Shown in pieces: positions 47,963-56,182 of a stretch of DNA of 64,000 bases. Positions within the stretch are counted from its first letter, which is position 1; every line of letters begins with the position of its first letter. The notes beneath the pieces were generated by a model. That model was not told the origin of the DNA, searched no databases, and saw only the letters and a list, made by a program, of their open reading frames with translations. Both the position numbers and the translations under genes were made by a program. The stretch is from the NCBI GenBank assembly GCA_964344105.1, contig CAYFMD010000003.1, positions 8,066-72,065 on the forward strand. Reading direction: 5' to 3'. Source of the stretch: Candidatus Woesearchaeota archaeon. GTDB lineage: Archaea; Nanobdellota; Nanobdellia; Pacearchaeales; GW2011-AR1.

Positions 47963-49670
47963 CTTCTAAATCATCTACTATCTCTTCGATACCTGATAGA
48001 GATCTCCCTTCTCGATGTTTTTCAAAAATTATTTCTGCAGCATCATATGCAGTTATTGTTGCATAGGCAGTTTCCATTAGTCCAAGGGAGATTGGGACTC
48101 TTTCTCCACTTGGGAATAGAATCCTTCTTACCTTGCTCCTGTCTAATCCAGGATATCTTTCCATTATTGCATCAGTAGGATCTGTTTCTGTTTTTTCAAA
48201 AAGTCCTCCAGGTCCCGCAGATATTTGTCCTGCGATTACTAATGAGTATACTGCTCTTCTTTCTCCACTTCTGAATGTATCTACAGTTACTCTTTCTTCA
48301 AATTGAGGTCTAGCTTCTGGGAAGTGTATTAGTCCCTGGAGTAATTTAAATTCAGCCAAGGCTCTGCTGTCCATTCTATCTCCATTTAGATCTCCATAAG
48401 GGATGTTAAATAGAACTGATTCTATTGAATTTCTATCTTGATTCATTCTTCCTGCTAGAGCTCCTACATAAATTCCTCTTAATTCTGAGGGGACATTTTG
48501 GAAATCTGGAGCTATCCTTTGTAGGAATGCAATCCCTCTTTCTGGAACAGTTATATCATCTCCTCTAGCCATACCATCTACATAGAATTCAAATAATGGT
48601 GTAGATCTTGCTATCTCTTCTAAAAATCTTTCTTTTCCATGGTTATGGAAAATATCTGCAGGATCTTGTCCTCCAGAGAATAATGCTATGTCTGTATTTC
48701 CTCTTCCTATTAATTTTGATGATGCCCTTAGTGCAGCTCTTTTTCCAGGATCATCTCCGTCAAATCCTAAAATAACTCTTGTATCTGGAAATCTTCTTCT
48801 TACAATCTCTGCCTGATTATCTGTAAATGCTGTACCACAACTTGCAACTATATTAAAAACTCCGTGTTGGTGTCCTAGTAGCATATCTAGATATCCTTCA
48901 GTTACAATCATTTCTCCAGAACCTCTTATTGCTCTTTGTGCTTCTTGCATTCCATAGAGGATTTTTGATTTGTCATAGATTGGAGATTCATCATCTGTGT
49001 TTACATATTTGGCGGGATCATCAATAATTGTTCTTCCTCCAAAACCTACAAACCTTCCAGTGAAGTCTTTTATTGGGAACATTATTCTTCCTCTAAATGT
49101 ATCGTAGAAATGCCCTGGCTTATCTTTTGCTTCTCTAACAAGTCCTACTTGGGCTAATTTTTTATTTCCATGTCCTGACATTAGGTTTTTTATGTAGTCC
49201 CAACTGTTTGGTGCGAAGCCTACTTTGTAATCTCTTGCGAAATCTATGTCAACATCTCTTTCTCTTAGGTATTTTTCTGATTCTGTAGTGCTTATTAGTT
49301 TCGAATAAATATCTGCTGCTTCGGCAACAATTTGATAGAGCTCATCTTTTCTTGCCCATTGTTGTCTCTCTTCTTCAGAAGATTGTATTTCATGGCCTAC
49401 TCTTGATGCAAGGGTTTGAAATGCTTCGAAAAAGGCTAATCCTTCTCTTTTTTGAACAAATGTGTATGCGTCCCCTCCTTCATTACATGCCCAGCAACGG
49501 TATGTTTGTCTATCTGGGTAGACCACTAATGATGGTTTGTTATCATCATGCCATGGGCATAGTGCTACATAGTTTTTACCTTTTGGAGTTAGAGTTAGAC
49601 TTCCTCCTATGAGGTCAACTAAGTCGACTCTGTCTTTGACTATCTTGAAATCTCCAGAGAGTTCCGCCAT
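47955..49670 (-). CDS. dnaG: bacterial-type DNA primase DnaG (CHC2 zinc-ribbon + TOPRIM)
   Basis: The zinc ribbon is CPWHDDNKPSLVVYPDRQTYRCWACNEGGDAYTFV. The TOPRIM reads MIVTEGYLDMLL...ILGFDGDDPGKRAA. Confidence 0.8.
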   Translation of the reverse strand: MAELSGDFKIVKDRVDLVDLIGGSLTLTPKGKNYVALCPWHDDNKPSLVVYPDRQTYRCWACNEGGDAYTFVQKREGLAFFEAFQTLASRVGHEIQSSEEERQQWARKDELYQIVAEAADIYSKLISTTESEKYLRERDVDIDFARDYKVGFAPNSWDYIKNLMSGHGNKKLAQVGLVREAKDKPGHFYDTFRGRIMFPIKDFTGRFVGFGGRTIIDDPAKYVNTDDESPIYDKSKILYGMQEAQRAIRGSGEMIVTEGYLDMLLGHQHGVFNIVASCGTAFTDNQAEIVRRRFPDTRVILGFDGDDPGKRAALRASSKLIGRGNTDIALFSGGQDPADIFHNHGKERFLEEIARSTPLFEFYVDGMARGDDITVPERGIAFLQRIAPDFQNVPSELRGIYVGALAGRMNQDRNSIESVLFNIPYGDLNGDRMDSRALAEFKLLQGLIHFPEARPQFEERVTVDTFRSGERRAVYSLVIAGQISAGPGGLFEKTETDPTDAIMERYPGLDRSKVRRILFPSGERVPISLGLMETAYATITAYDAAEIIFEKHREGRSLSGIEEIVDDLEDV

Positions 49671-49728
49671 GCCAGTTAATTTGCTTCTAGCTTATTAATG
49701 TTGTATATTCTAGAATGGATAGGTCAGA

Positions 49729-50436
49729 TTATATTTTTTGAACTTCTAAAATCCAGTTCTTTTTAGAAAATCTATCAATGTTTTCTGTTGCTTTTTCGTT
49801 GTATATTGAAAAATCTATGATTTTGAATCCTGCTTCTTCGATTAATTCTTTTAGTTCTTCCTTTTTGTATAGGTAATAGTATCTCATGTGTGGAACATGA
49901 TTGTCATTCCATGCCATATAGATGTCACCTTTCTTTTTTATTTTATCAAATCTTTTATCATCTGAGTTCCATGTTGTGATTATAGCTTTGGCTTTTGGTT
50001 TTAGGATTCTATGGAATTCTTTTAGTGCTTTTTTTCTTTTTTCTTTTGTTTCTATGCAATGTAATGCTGCTATGAATAATCCATAATCAAATGTTTCTGA
50101 CTTTATTTTTGAAAGATTATCTGCAGATGCTTGAAGTGTTTTAGCATTGATTTTATTTTCTTTAATGTATTTTTTTGCATGGGCTAATTGTCCTTCTGAA
50201 AAGTCTACTGCAAGGTATTCAATGTTTTTACTTGGGATTAAATTTCTTCCGGTTCCACATCCTAGATCAATTATCTTTCCTTTTTTTCTTTTGAGAAATT
50301 TTTCTATTTTTGGAATCCTTTTTACTACATATGTTTTCCAGGGTTTGGCAATTTTGTTCCAAATTGTTTTTTGGATTGGTTTTTTGTGGTTTTTTAGGTA
50401 GTTATTTTTGCTTATGATTTTTATAGGTACTGTCAT
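49729..50436 (-). CDS. class I SAM-dependent methyltransferase
   Basis: Motif I is IIDLGCGTGRN. Motif II/post-I is AVDFSEGQL. It is of the Methyltransf_11 type. Confidence 0.6.
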   Translation of the reverse strand: MTVPIKIISKNNYLKNHKKPIQKTIWNKIAKPWKTYVVKRIPKIEKFLKRKKGKIIDLGCGTGRNLIPSKNIEYLAVDFSEGQLAHAKKYIKENKINAKTLQASADNLSKIKSETFDYGLFIAALHCIETKEKRKKALKEFHRILKPKAKAIITTWNSDDKRFDKIKKKGDIYMAWNDNHVPHMRYYYLYKKEELKELIEEAGFKIIDFSIYNEKATENIDRFSKKNWILEVQKI

Positions 50437-50487
50437 AATATATTTTGCATAGCAAGCTTTATAATACTTCTATTTGCTCCTAATTGT

Positions 50488-51879
50488 ATGCAAATACCAG
50501 AACCGGGAGAGATTAGGAAACCTGCTAAAACTATGGCAGGAGTTACTCCATTAACCGTAGTCTTAGGCCCGAGAAAATGTGATCATGGGACCTGTATTTA
50601 TTGTCCTGGTGGCGAGAAGGTCCCACAAAGTTATACCGATAAGAGCCCTGCTGTTATGAGGGGATTGATGTTGGATTTTGATCCCTATGAACAGGTTAAG
50701 GTTAGATTGAAAGCTTTTGATGTAATGAATCATCCTACTGATAAAATAGAACTTATTATTTTAGGAGGTACTTTTTTGCAGTATCCTAAAGAATATAGAG
50801 AGAATTTTATCAAGAAATGTTTTGATGCATTGAATGGTAAGGATAGTAAGGATCTAGAAGAAGCTAAGAAGATAAATGAAACTGCTAAGCATCGGTGTGT
50901 TGCCATGTGTATTGAGAATAGGCCTGATAATTGTTCTGAAGAAGAGATTAGAGAGATGTTAAGATATGGGGCCACGAGGGTTGAGATTGGAGTTCAGATG
51001 CCAGATGATGAGAGTTATAAGAAAACTAATAGAGGGCATACTGTGCAAGATGTTATTGATGCAAGTCAGAGATTAAGAGATGCTGGATTTAAGTTAGGCT
51101 ATCACGTTATGCCTGGGTTGCCTTATAGTACAAAGGCTAAAGATCTTAAGTTGTTTAAGATGATTTTTGATGATCAGAAATATAAACCTGATCAATTGAA
51201 AATTTATCCTTGTCAAGTTATTGACGATAGTCCTTTGGCTAGAACTTATGAAGCAATTGGATTTAAACCGATGAATGAAAAAGAAACTAGGGAAATTTTA
51301 GAGAAGATGACTAAGATGATTCCAGAGTACTGTAGGACTATGAGGATTATGAGAGAAATTCCTCCAGAGAGATTGGTTAGTGGGACTACTAGGATTGATA
51401 TTAGGAGAGATGTTGAGAAAAATTTGAGAGATGAGAAAGCTGATGTTAAGGAGATTAGAATGAGGGAACTTGGATTTAATAAACAGTATTTCAAGAAGAT
51501 AGATGAGCATGTTAGTTTGAAGGCTAGTGAATATGATGCTTCTGGGGGCAAGGAATTTTTCTTGCAGTTTGTAAATAAAGATAATATTTTGTTTGGTCTT
51601 CTTAGGCTTAGGTTTTTGAGTGAACCTTTCATGGGCATGCTTTCAGATTGTGCGATGGTTAGAGAGATTCATGTTTATGGTCAAGCCTTGAGTTTAGGTG
51701 AAAAGGGTAAGGATGGGCAGCATATTGGTCTTGGAAAGAAGTTGATGGCAGAAGCGGAGAAGATAGCTAAAGATGCTGGATATAAGAGATTGGCAGTTAT
51801 TTCAGGAGTTGGTGTTAGAGAATATTATAAGAAACTTGGGTATAAATTGGAGGGCCCTTATATGATCAAAAGTTTATAG
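50488..51879 (+). CDS. elp3: Elongator Elp3-like tRNA U34 carboxymethyl/acetyl-transferase (radical SAM + GNAT)
   Basis: The radical-SAM CX4CX2C is CDHGTCIYCPGG. The C-terminal GNAT region is HIGLGKKLMAEAEKIAKDAGYKRLAVISGVGVREYYKKLGY. Confidence 0.85.
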   Translation: MQIPEPGEIRKPAKTMAGVTPLTVVLGPRKCDHGTCIYCPGGEKVPQSYTDKSPAVMRGLMLDFDPYEQVKVRLKAFDVMNHPTDKIELIILGGTFLQYPKEYRENFIKKCFDALNGKDSKDLEEAKKINETAKHRCVAMCIENRPDNCSEEEIREMLRYGATRVEIGVQMPDDESYKKTNRGHTVQDVIDASQRLRDAGFKLGYHVMPGLPYSTKAKDLKLFKMIFDDQKYKPDQLKIYPCQVIDDSPLARTYEAIGFKPMNEKETREILEKMTKMIPEYCRTMRIMREIPPERLVSGTTRIDIRRDVEKNLRDEKADVKEIRMRELGFNKQYFKKIDEHVSLKASEYDASGGKEFFLQFVNKDNILFGLLRLRFLSEPFMGMLSDCAMVREIHVYGQALSLGEKGKDGQHIGLGKKLMAEAEKIAKDAGYKRLAVISGVGVREYYKKLGYKLEGPYMIKSL

Positions 51880-51923
51880 GGCACAAGCTTTATAAGTGGA
51901 ATTTCGGTGATTATGGTTGGAAG

Positions 51924-52307
51924 ATGGGACTTGGAAATTATTTAGCACATAAGGCAGGATGGATTGCACATGGTTTTGATGCACCTTGGAATCATGAAGA
52001 TTTTAGTTTGGCTAGGATCGCTTCTAAGACCGTTGTGACTGCCACCGCAGTGACTGCTTTGTTTTGGGGATATTCAAATTCTCAATTAAGGTGGGCTGAT
52101 AATGGGTTTGATAGATTGAGATCTCTTGATGAACCAAGTCATCCATATAAGGATGACTCTAGAATCTATTCAACTCCTGATAGGGAGTTTAGCGGATGGA
52201 GTCCTTATACAATTAGCACACCCTTAGAGAAGGATAGTGGGAGTATTGTTGGGAATAGTCCTCTTTTTGGGACTAATGGTTTAGATAGGATGGCTAAGTC
52301 CTTATAA
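51924..52307 (+). CDS. hypothetical protein (127 aa)
   Basis: This ORF is followed by a 47-bp A/T-only convergent terminator-like tract. Confidence 0.3.
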   Translation: MGLGNYLAHKAGWIAHGFDAPWNHEDFSLARIASKTVVTATAVTALFWGYSNSQLRWADNGFDRLRSLDEPSHPYKDDSRIYSTPDREFSGWSPYTISTPLEKDSGSIVGNSPLFGTNGLDRMAKSL

Positions 52308-52354
52308 TTGTTCTAAAAATAGAATAAAAATTATTAAAATAAAAAAATAAAAAA

Positions 52355-52861
52355 TTAAGCGACGGCAGTATCTGCTACACCGCAAAGCTTGTTAGTTTCT
52401 CCAACGATAGCAGCTATTTCTACAACCTTATTTCCTACAAGATCGGCAGTAATTTCTAGAGTTTCTAGCTCGTTAAGTGAAGATGCATCTACAGAATCTG
52501 CAACAACTTCTCCATCAGAAAGTACGCTTATTGCTCTTAAGTCTCCTCCGCCAGGGGTTCTCTTAACTAAAACTCCTGCATCAGTCCATACTCTCTCTAT
52601 AGGATCTGTGTCTATGTCACCGTCATGATCCCACAAACCATTACATGTTTGCTCATTTCCAGCAACATCATTACATGAAACGAATCTTAACTTCTCGATT
52701 TCCAAACCTACTGTGAAACAGTCGCTTTGGCCTCCGATTTCATCGGCTCCTTGTTGAACAGTTCCTTGTACAACTTGCCAAACAATTACTATAGCAGCTA
52801 AAACCAACAAGATTATCAACACTGTTGTGATAATTTGTGATTGTGCTTTTTTATTAAACAT
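52355..52861 (-). CDS. small secreted protein with class III (prepilin-like) signal peptide, Cys/Asp-rich globular part
   Basis: It begins MFNKKAQSQIITTVLIILLVLAAIVIVW. An AGGAGGT SD lies 12 nt upstream. It is preceded by copy B of the conserved element. Confidence 0.5.
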   Translation of the reverse strand: MFNKKAQSQIITTVLIILLVLAAIVIVWQVVQGTVQQGADEIGGQSDCFTVGLEIEKLRFVSCNDVAGNEQTCNGLWDHDGDIDTDPIERVWTDAGVLVKRTPGGGDLRAISVLSDGEVVADSVDASSLNELETLEITADLVGNKVVEIAAIVGETNKLCGVADTAVA

Positions 52862-52937
52862 AATGTCATACCTCCTTTCATGCCTCTTTTATCGTATAAT
52901 GAGTATGGTTTTTTAGTATATAAAGATTCTCTTCGTT

Positions 52938-53066
52938 GATTTTTCAATCATATCCCTTTAACCCTTCTCGCAATCTCGCTTACAAATCTTAACTCTCCCG
53001 CCCACCCTAAGTAGTGAAAGTGAGATTACTCGCCCACCCTCCCTTAAGAAGGTGATTAAAAAATCA
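52938..53066 (-). repeat. conserved ~125-bp intergenic element, copy B (leader/promoter of 52355-52861, containing the stop codon of gltX)
   Basis: It aligns to 37497-37625. The shared core is ccaccctaagtagtgaaagtgaga. Its G-tracts on the sense strand are GGGAGGGTGGG and GGGTGGGCGGG. Confidence 0.6.
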
Positions 53067-54269
53067 GATGTTTTTTTGCAAGTTATCTAGAACTTCTTTC
53101 AGATCTTTCATGGAAATTGTTTTGTCTGCTTCAGATAATCCTCTTTCTTCTACGAATTTCCAGAATGTTTCTGGTTTGTAGCCTTGTTTTTTGAAAGAGG
53201 CTACTGTTGGAAGTTTTGGATCATCCCATGATTTATATTTTCCAGATTCTATGTCTTTTGTGAAACCAGATGCTGACATTGTCATTTCTTTAAGATGTAA
53301 TCTTCCTATGAATTCAACTACTGGAAAGCTTTTTTCTTTCTTAAGTGCTTTATAGATTAGTTTTTGTCTCTCTGAATTATCTTTGTGATCTTTTCCTCTG
53401 ATTATATGTGTCATTCCTAGTTCAATATCATCTACAGTAACAGCTAGGTTCATTAATGGCCATACTCTGTACTTGTTTCCAGTTTTTGGATGTGCTGATT
53501 CGTTTATCCTTGCTAATGGGAAATCTCTCATTGCAGGATTTTTGTTTTTAATATCCGATTTGAATCTTAGTACTGCTTCACCTTCTTTGTAGCCGGGCTC
53601 TATCATTAATGACCATCTTTCTTTTTGTTCTTTAACATCTAGTTTTCTACATGGACATGCTTTGCTTTTTGAAATTAGTTCTTTAAATTTTTCTGGATTG
53701 CAAGTGCAAATATATGCATTAGCTGATTTGATTAGCTTTTCTGCATAATTGTAATAGATTTCTAATCGATCTGATTGGACTATTATATGTACGTTGTTCT
53801 TACATAACCATTTGCTTTCTTGCTCAATCATTTTGTAAGCTGGTTTGTATATGTTTTCTGGATTTGTATCTTCTATCCTCATATAGAACTTTCCATCATA
53901 GTTTTTTGCGTATAGGAAATTAGGTAATAAGGTAATTATGTGTCCAAAGGTTAGTGGTCCACTTGGAGATGGGCCCATTCTTGTTACGACCTTTCCTTTT
54001 TTTAATTTGGGTAGTTCAGGTAAGCCTTCTCTTTCTTTTCGGTAACCAATTATGTGTTCTAATTTTTTCAATTCTTCTTTTTGTTCCTCTAAAGATATGT
54101 TGTTGACTTCATCTAGAACCTCTTGTATTTTTGGAATTGTTTCTTTTATCTTATCTTTCTTAAGTCCTTCATTGAATAAACTGTTAATAACTGGACCTTG
54201 TGATGCTTTTCCAGAATGTTCTATTGCGTTTTTTAGAGTGTAGGCTTTTATTGAATCTTTTTTTACCAT
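53064..54269 (-). CDS. gltX: archaeal-type glutamyl-tRNA synthetase, catalytic core only (401 aa, no anticodon-binding domain)
   Basis: It has an archaeal N-terminal extension (YTLKNAIEHSGKA), a HIGH motif PSPSGPLTFGHI, RIEDTNPE, a Zn-like C.C...C.C, GMTHIIRGKDH and a degenerate KMSKS (MTMSAS). The protein ends about 60 aa after that motif. Confidence 0.7.
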   Translation of the reverse strand: MVKKDSIKAYTLKNAIEHSGKASQGPVINSLFNEGLKKDKIKETIPKIQEVLDEVNNISLEEQKEELKKLEHIIGYRKEREGLPELPKLKKGKVVTRMGPSPSGPLTFGHIITLLPNFLYAKNYDGKFYMRIEDTNPENIYKPAYKMIEQESKWLCKNNVHIIVQSDRLEIYYNYAEKLIKSANAYICTCNPEKFKELISKSKACPCRKLDVKEQKERWSLMIEPGYKEGEAVLRFKSDIKNKNPAMRDFPLARINESAHPKTGNKYRVWPLMNLAVTVDDIELGMTHIIRGKDHKDNSERQKLIYKALKKEKSFPVVEFIGRLHLKEMTMSASGFTKDIESGKYKSWDDPKLPTVASFKKQGYKPETFWKFVEERGLSEADKTISMKDLKEVLDNLQKNI

Positions 54270-54329
54270 ATTGTCATTAATTAAGTGAGTTATATAAAAG
54301 TTTATAATGAGGATAGCTCTTGATTTTTT

Positions 54330-54722
54330 ATGGTTAAGCCTGTTTATTTATATGACATTTTTAGGGATGATTTTTTGACTATAGAACCTGATCAAAGGCC
54401 TAGGATAATTGGGAGAGCTATGGATTGTGATCTTGTAACTGCTGTAGGGTATGGAGGTATTGGAAGGCATCATGCTCAGATACAATATTTCCCTAATGGC
54501 GATGTTAAATTGAAACAAAATTGCCCTATGTCTAAGACACATTGGAGTCCTGATGGGGAAGATTGGGAACAATTGTATACAGGAAATACTGAATTGATAT
54601 TGCCTGGCTATTGGATACGATTTGATGAAAGGTATGATCTTAGATTATTCGCACATAATAGTCTAGAAGTTCAAGATAGAATTGCTGCTAGAGATGCAGA
54701 GGTTGAGCGAGATGGAGATTAG
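54330..54722 (+). CDS. FHA (forkhead-associated) domain protein
   Basis: The pattern IIGRAMDCDLV....GIGRHHAQIQYFPNGDVKLKQ...SKTHWS matches the FHA GR..(D)..(S/G)R.HA...NG core. Confidence 0.45.
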   Translation: MVKPVYLYDIFRDDFLTIEPDQRPRIIGRAMDCDLVTAVGYGGIGRHHAQIQYFPNGDVKLKQNCPMSKTHWSPDGEDWEQLYTGNTELILPGYWIRFDERYDLRLFAHNSLEVQDRIAARDAEVERDGD

Positions 54723-55792
54723 TTCTCTTGTTTGAATCCCGTAGCTTCATCAATCTTTTCATCTTTTTCAAATCTTTCAACTTCAGTTGTCATGTCTATT
54801 CCAAGTTCTTTCATTAATTCGTCTTTGGCTTCTTCAGCTAGCTGTTTTTTCTTTTCTCTAGTTTCTCTAGCTTTTTCTAATCCTGATTGTTTTTGTTCTT
54901 CAACAGATTCTGCAAGCTCTTCTTTCATTTCTTCTATGTCTTCTTCTAGTTCCTCGATAAATTGATCTTTGTTTTTTTGGAAGTATTCAAAAAGATAAAT
55001 CCAAATTTCGTCTAAGTGTTCTGCTTGTTCTAGCCAGAGTTTTCTGTTGTTAGATAGATAGAGTAATGGCAGGAATGTTGCTAGTTTTTCTTCTTTCTCG
55101 TTGTTGGTTAGTTCAGAATATGTTAGTTTGTTCTTTGGTTTTTCAGGTTTTTTTATTACAGATAGTATTCTATCATGGAATTGTTTTACTCTGTCTTTTA
55201 GATCGATCTTTTTTATTTGGGGTATTCCATGGCTAGTTAATTTTTCTGCTCTTTTCACAGCTACTTCTCTCTTGATTCTTCTTGATTCTGTGTTTATAGC
55301 TTTGTTTAGAGCAATCATTAATTCCGGCAATGTTACCTTTCTTAATCTTGACATTGGAGTTTTTGGTACTAGTACAGGCAGTTCAGACTCATCTATCTCA
55401 ATTCTTTCAATTGGTCTTGCTTCTTCTTTCTTTTTTCCAAATAGTATTTCATCTATGTCCTTTAGGTGTCTATTAAGTAAGAATTCTGATTTGATTCTTA
55501 GTAATAGGGCTGCTGCAAGTAAGACTTTACTTGACATGTAGAAATCGGTTTCTTCTAATTCTTCTATTTTTTCAAAATATCTTCTTGTTAGGATTATTAT
55601 GTCTAAGTCCCATGGATCTAATTGTTCTGTGTGAACCATTTCATAGATTATTGTTTGCCAGTCTGGCTTCTTGCTAGTTATAATGTCATAAACCTGGTTG
55701 GGAGATATCTTTTCTATTTCTTCTATGACTTCTTGTTCAGTTAGTACTGGTTCTTCTGTTGCCTCTTTTGGTAAGAATTCTTCGAATCCCAT
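54719..55792 (-). CDS. scpA: segregation and condensation protein A (kleisin ScpA)
   Basis: It contains LDPWDLDIIILTRRYFEKI...SSKVLLAAALLLRIKSEFLL and an acidic coiled C-terminus. Confidence 0.7.
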   Translation of the reverse strand: MGFEEFLPKEATEEPVLTEQEVIEEIEKISPNQVYDIITSKKPDWQTIIYEMVHTEQLDPWDLDIIILTRRYFEKIEELEETDFYMSSKVLLAAALLLRIKSEFLLNRHLKDIDEILFGKKKEEARPIERIEIDESELPVLVPKTPMSRLRKVTLPELMIALNKAINTESRRIKREVAVKRAEKLTSHGIPQIKKIDLKDRVKQFHDRILSVIKKPEKPKNKLTYSELTNNEKEEKLATFLPLLYLSNNRKLWLEQAEHLDEIWIYLFEYFQKNKDQFIEELEEDIEEMKEELAESVEEQKQSGLEKARETREKKKQLAEEAKDELMKELGIDMTTEVERFEKDEKIDEATGFKQEN

Positions 55793-56182
55793 TTTATCTA
55801 AAGTGATATGTTAGTTATAAGGTTTCTTGTCTTGGTAGCTCTATTCCTAATTACTCTTTGTAAGGCCTTTAATCGTCATTTTATAGCATTACCAATAGGA
55901 AGGTATTCTTCGGTATACTTATGTCATTATTCAGTTACAACATACCGAAACATTTATAAATAGGAAACTGGTTGATATAGTATCACCTCTTTTTCCCCAG
56001 AAGAGCCAGGACGTACGCTTTTGTATGACACCGGCTTTTCTAGGGTTTAAAAAATCTTTTAGATTTTTTAACTCATTCAAAATCACAGATTTTGAAGATT
56101 TATATCAATTAATTATTATTTACTGTTAAGTCTTTTTTCTGCGAAATGTTTATATAGTATTTAGTTTGTAATAGATGTTAAT

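Noticed and set aside
45413-49670. Claim that the dnaG region is a compositionally distinct horizontally transferred island
   Set aside because: The encoded proteins look R/A/G/P-richer than neighbouring genes. I cannot compute GC or codon statistics here, and by-eye GC estimates (about 40% versus 35-38%) are within normal gene-to-gene variation. I have therefore left it as a hypothesis inside the finding rather than asserting it.
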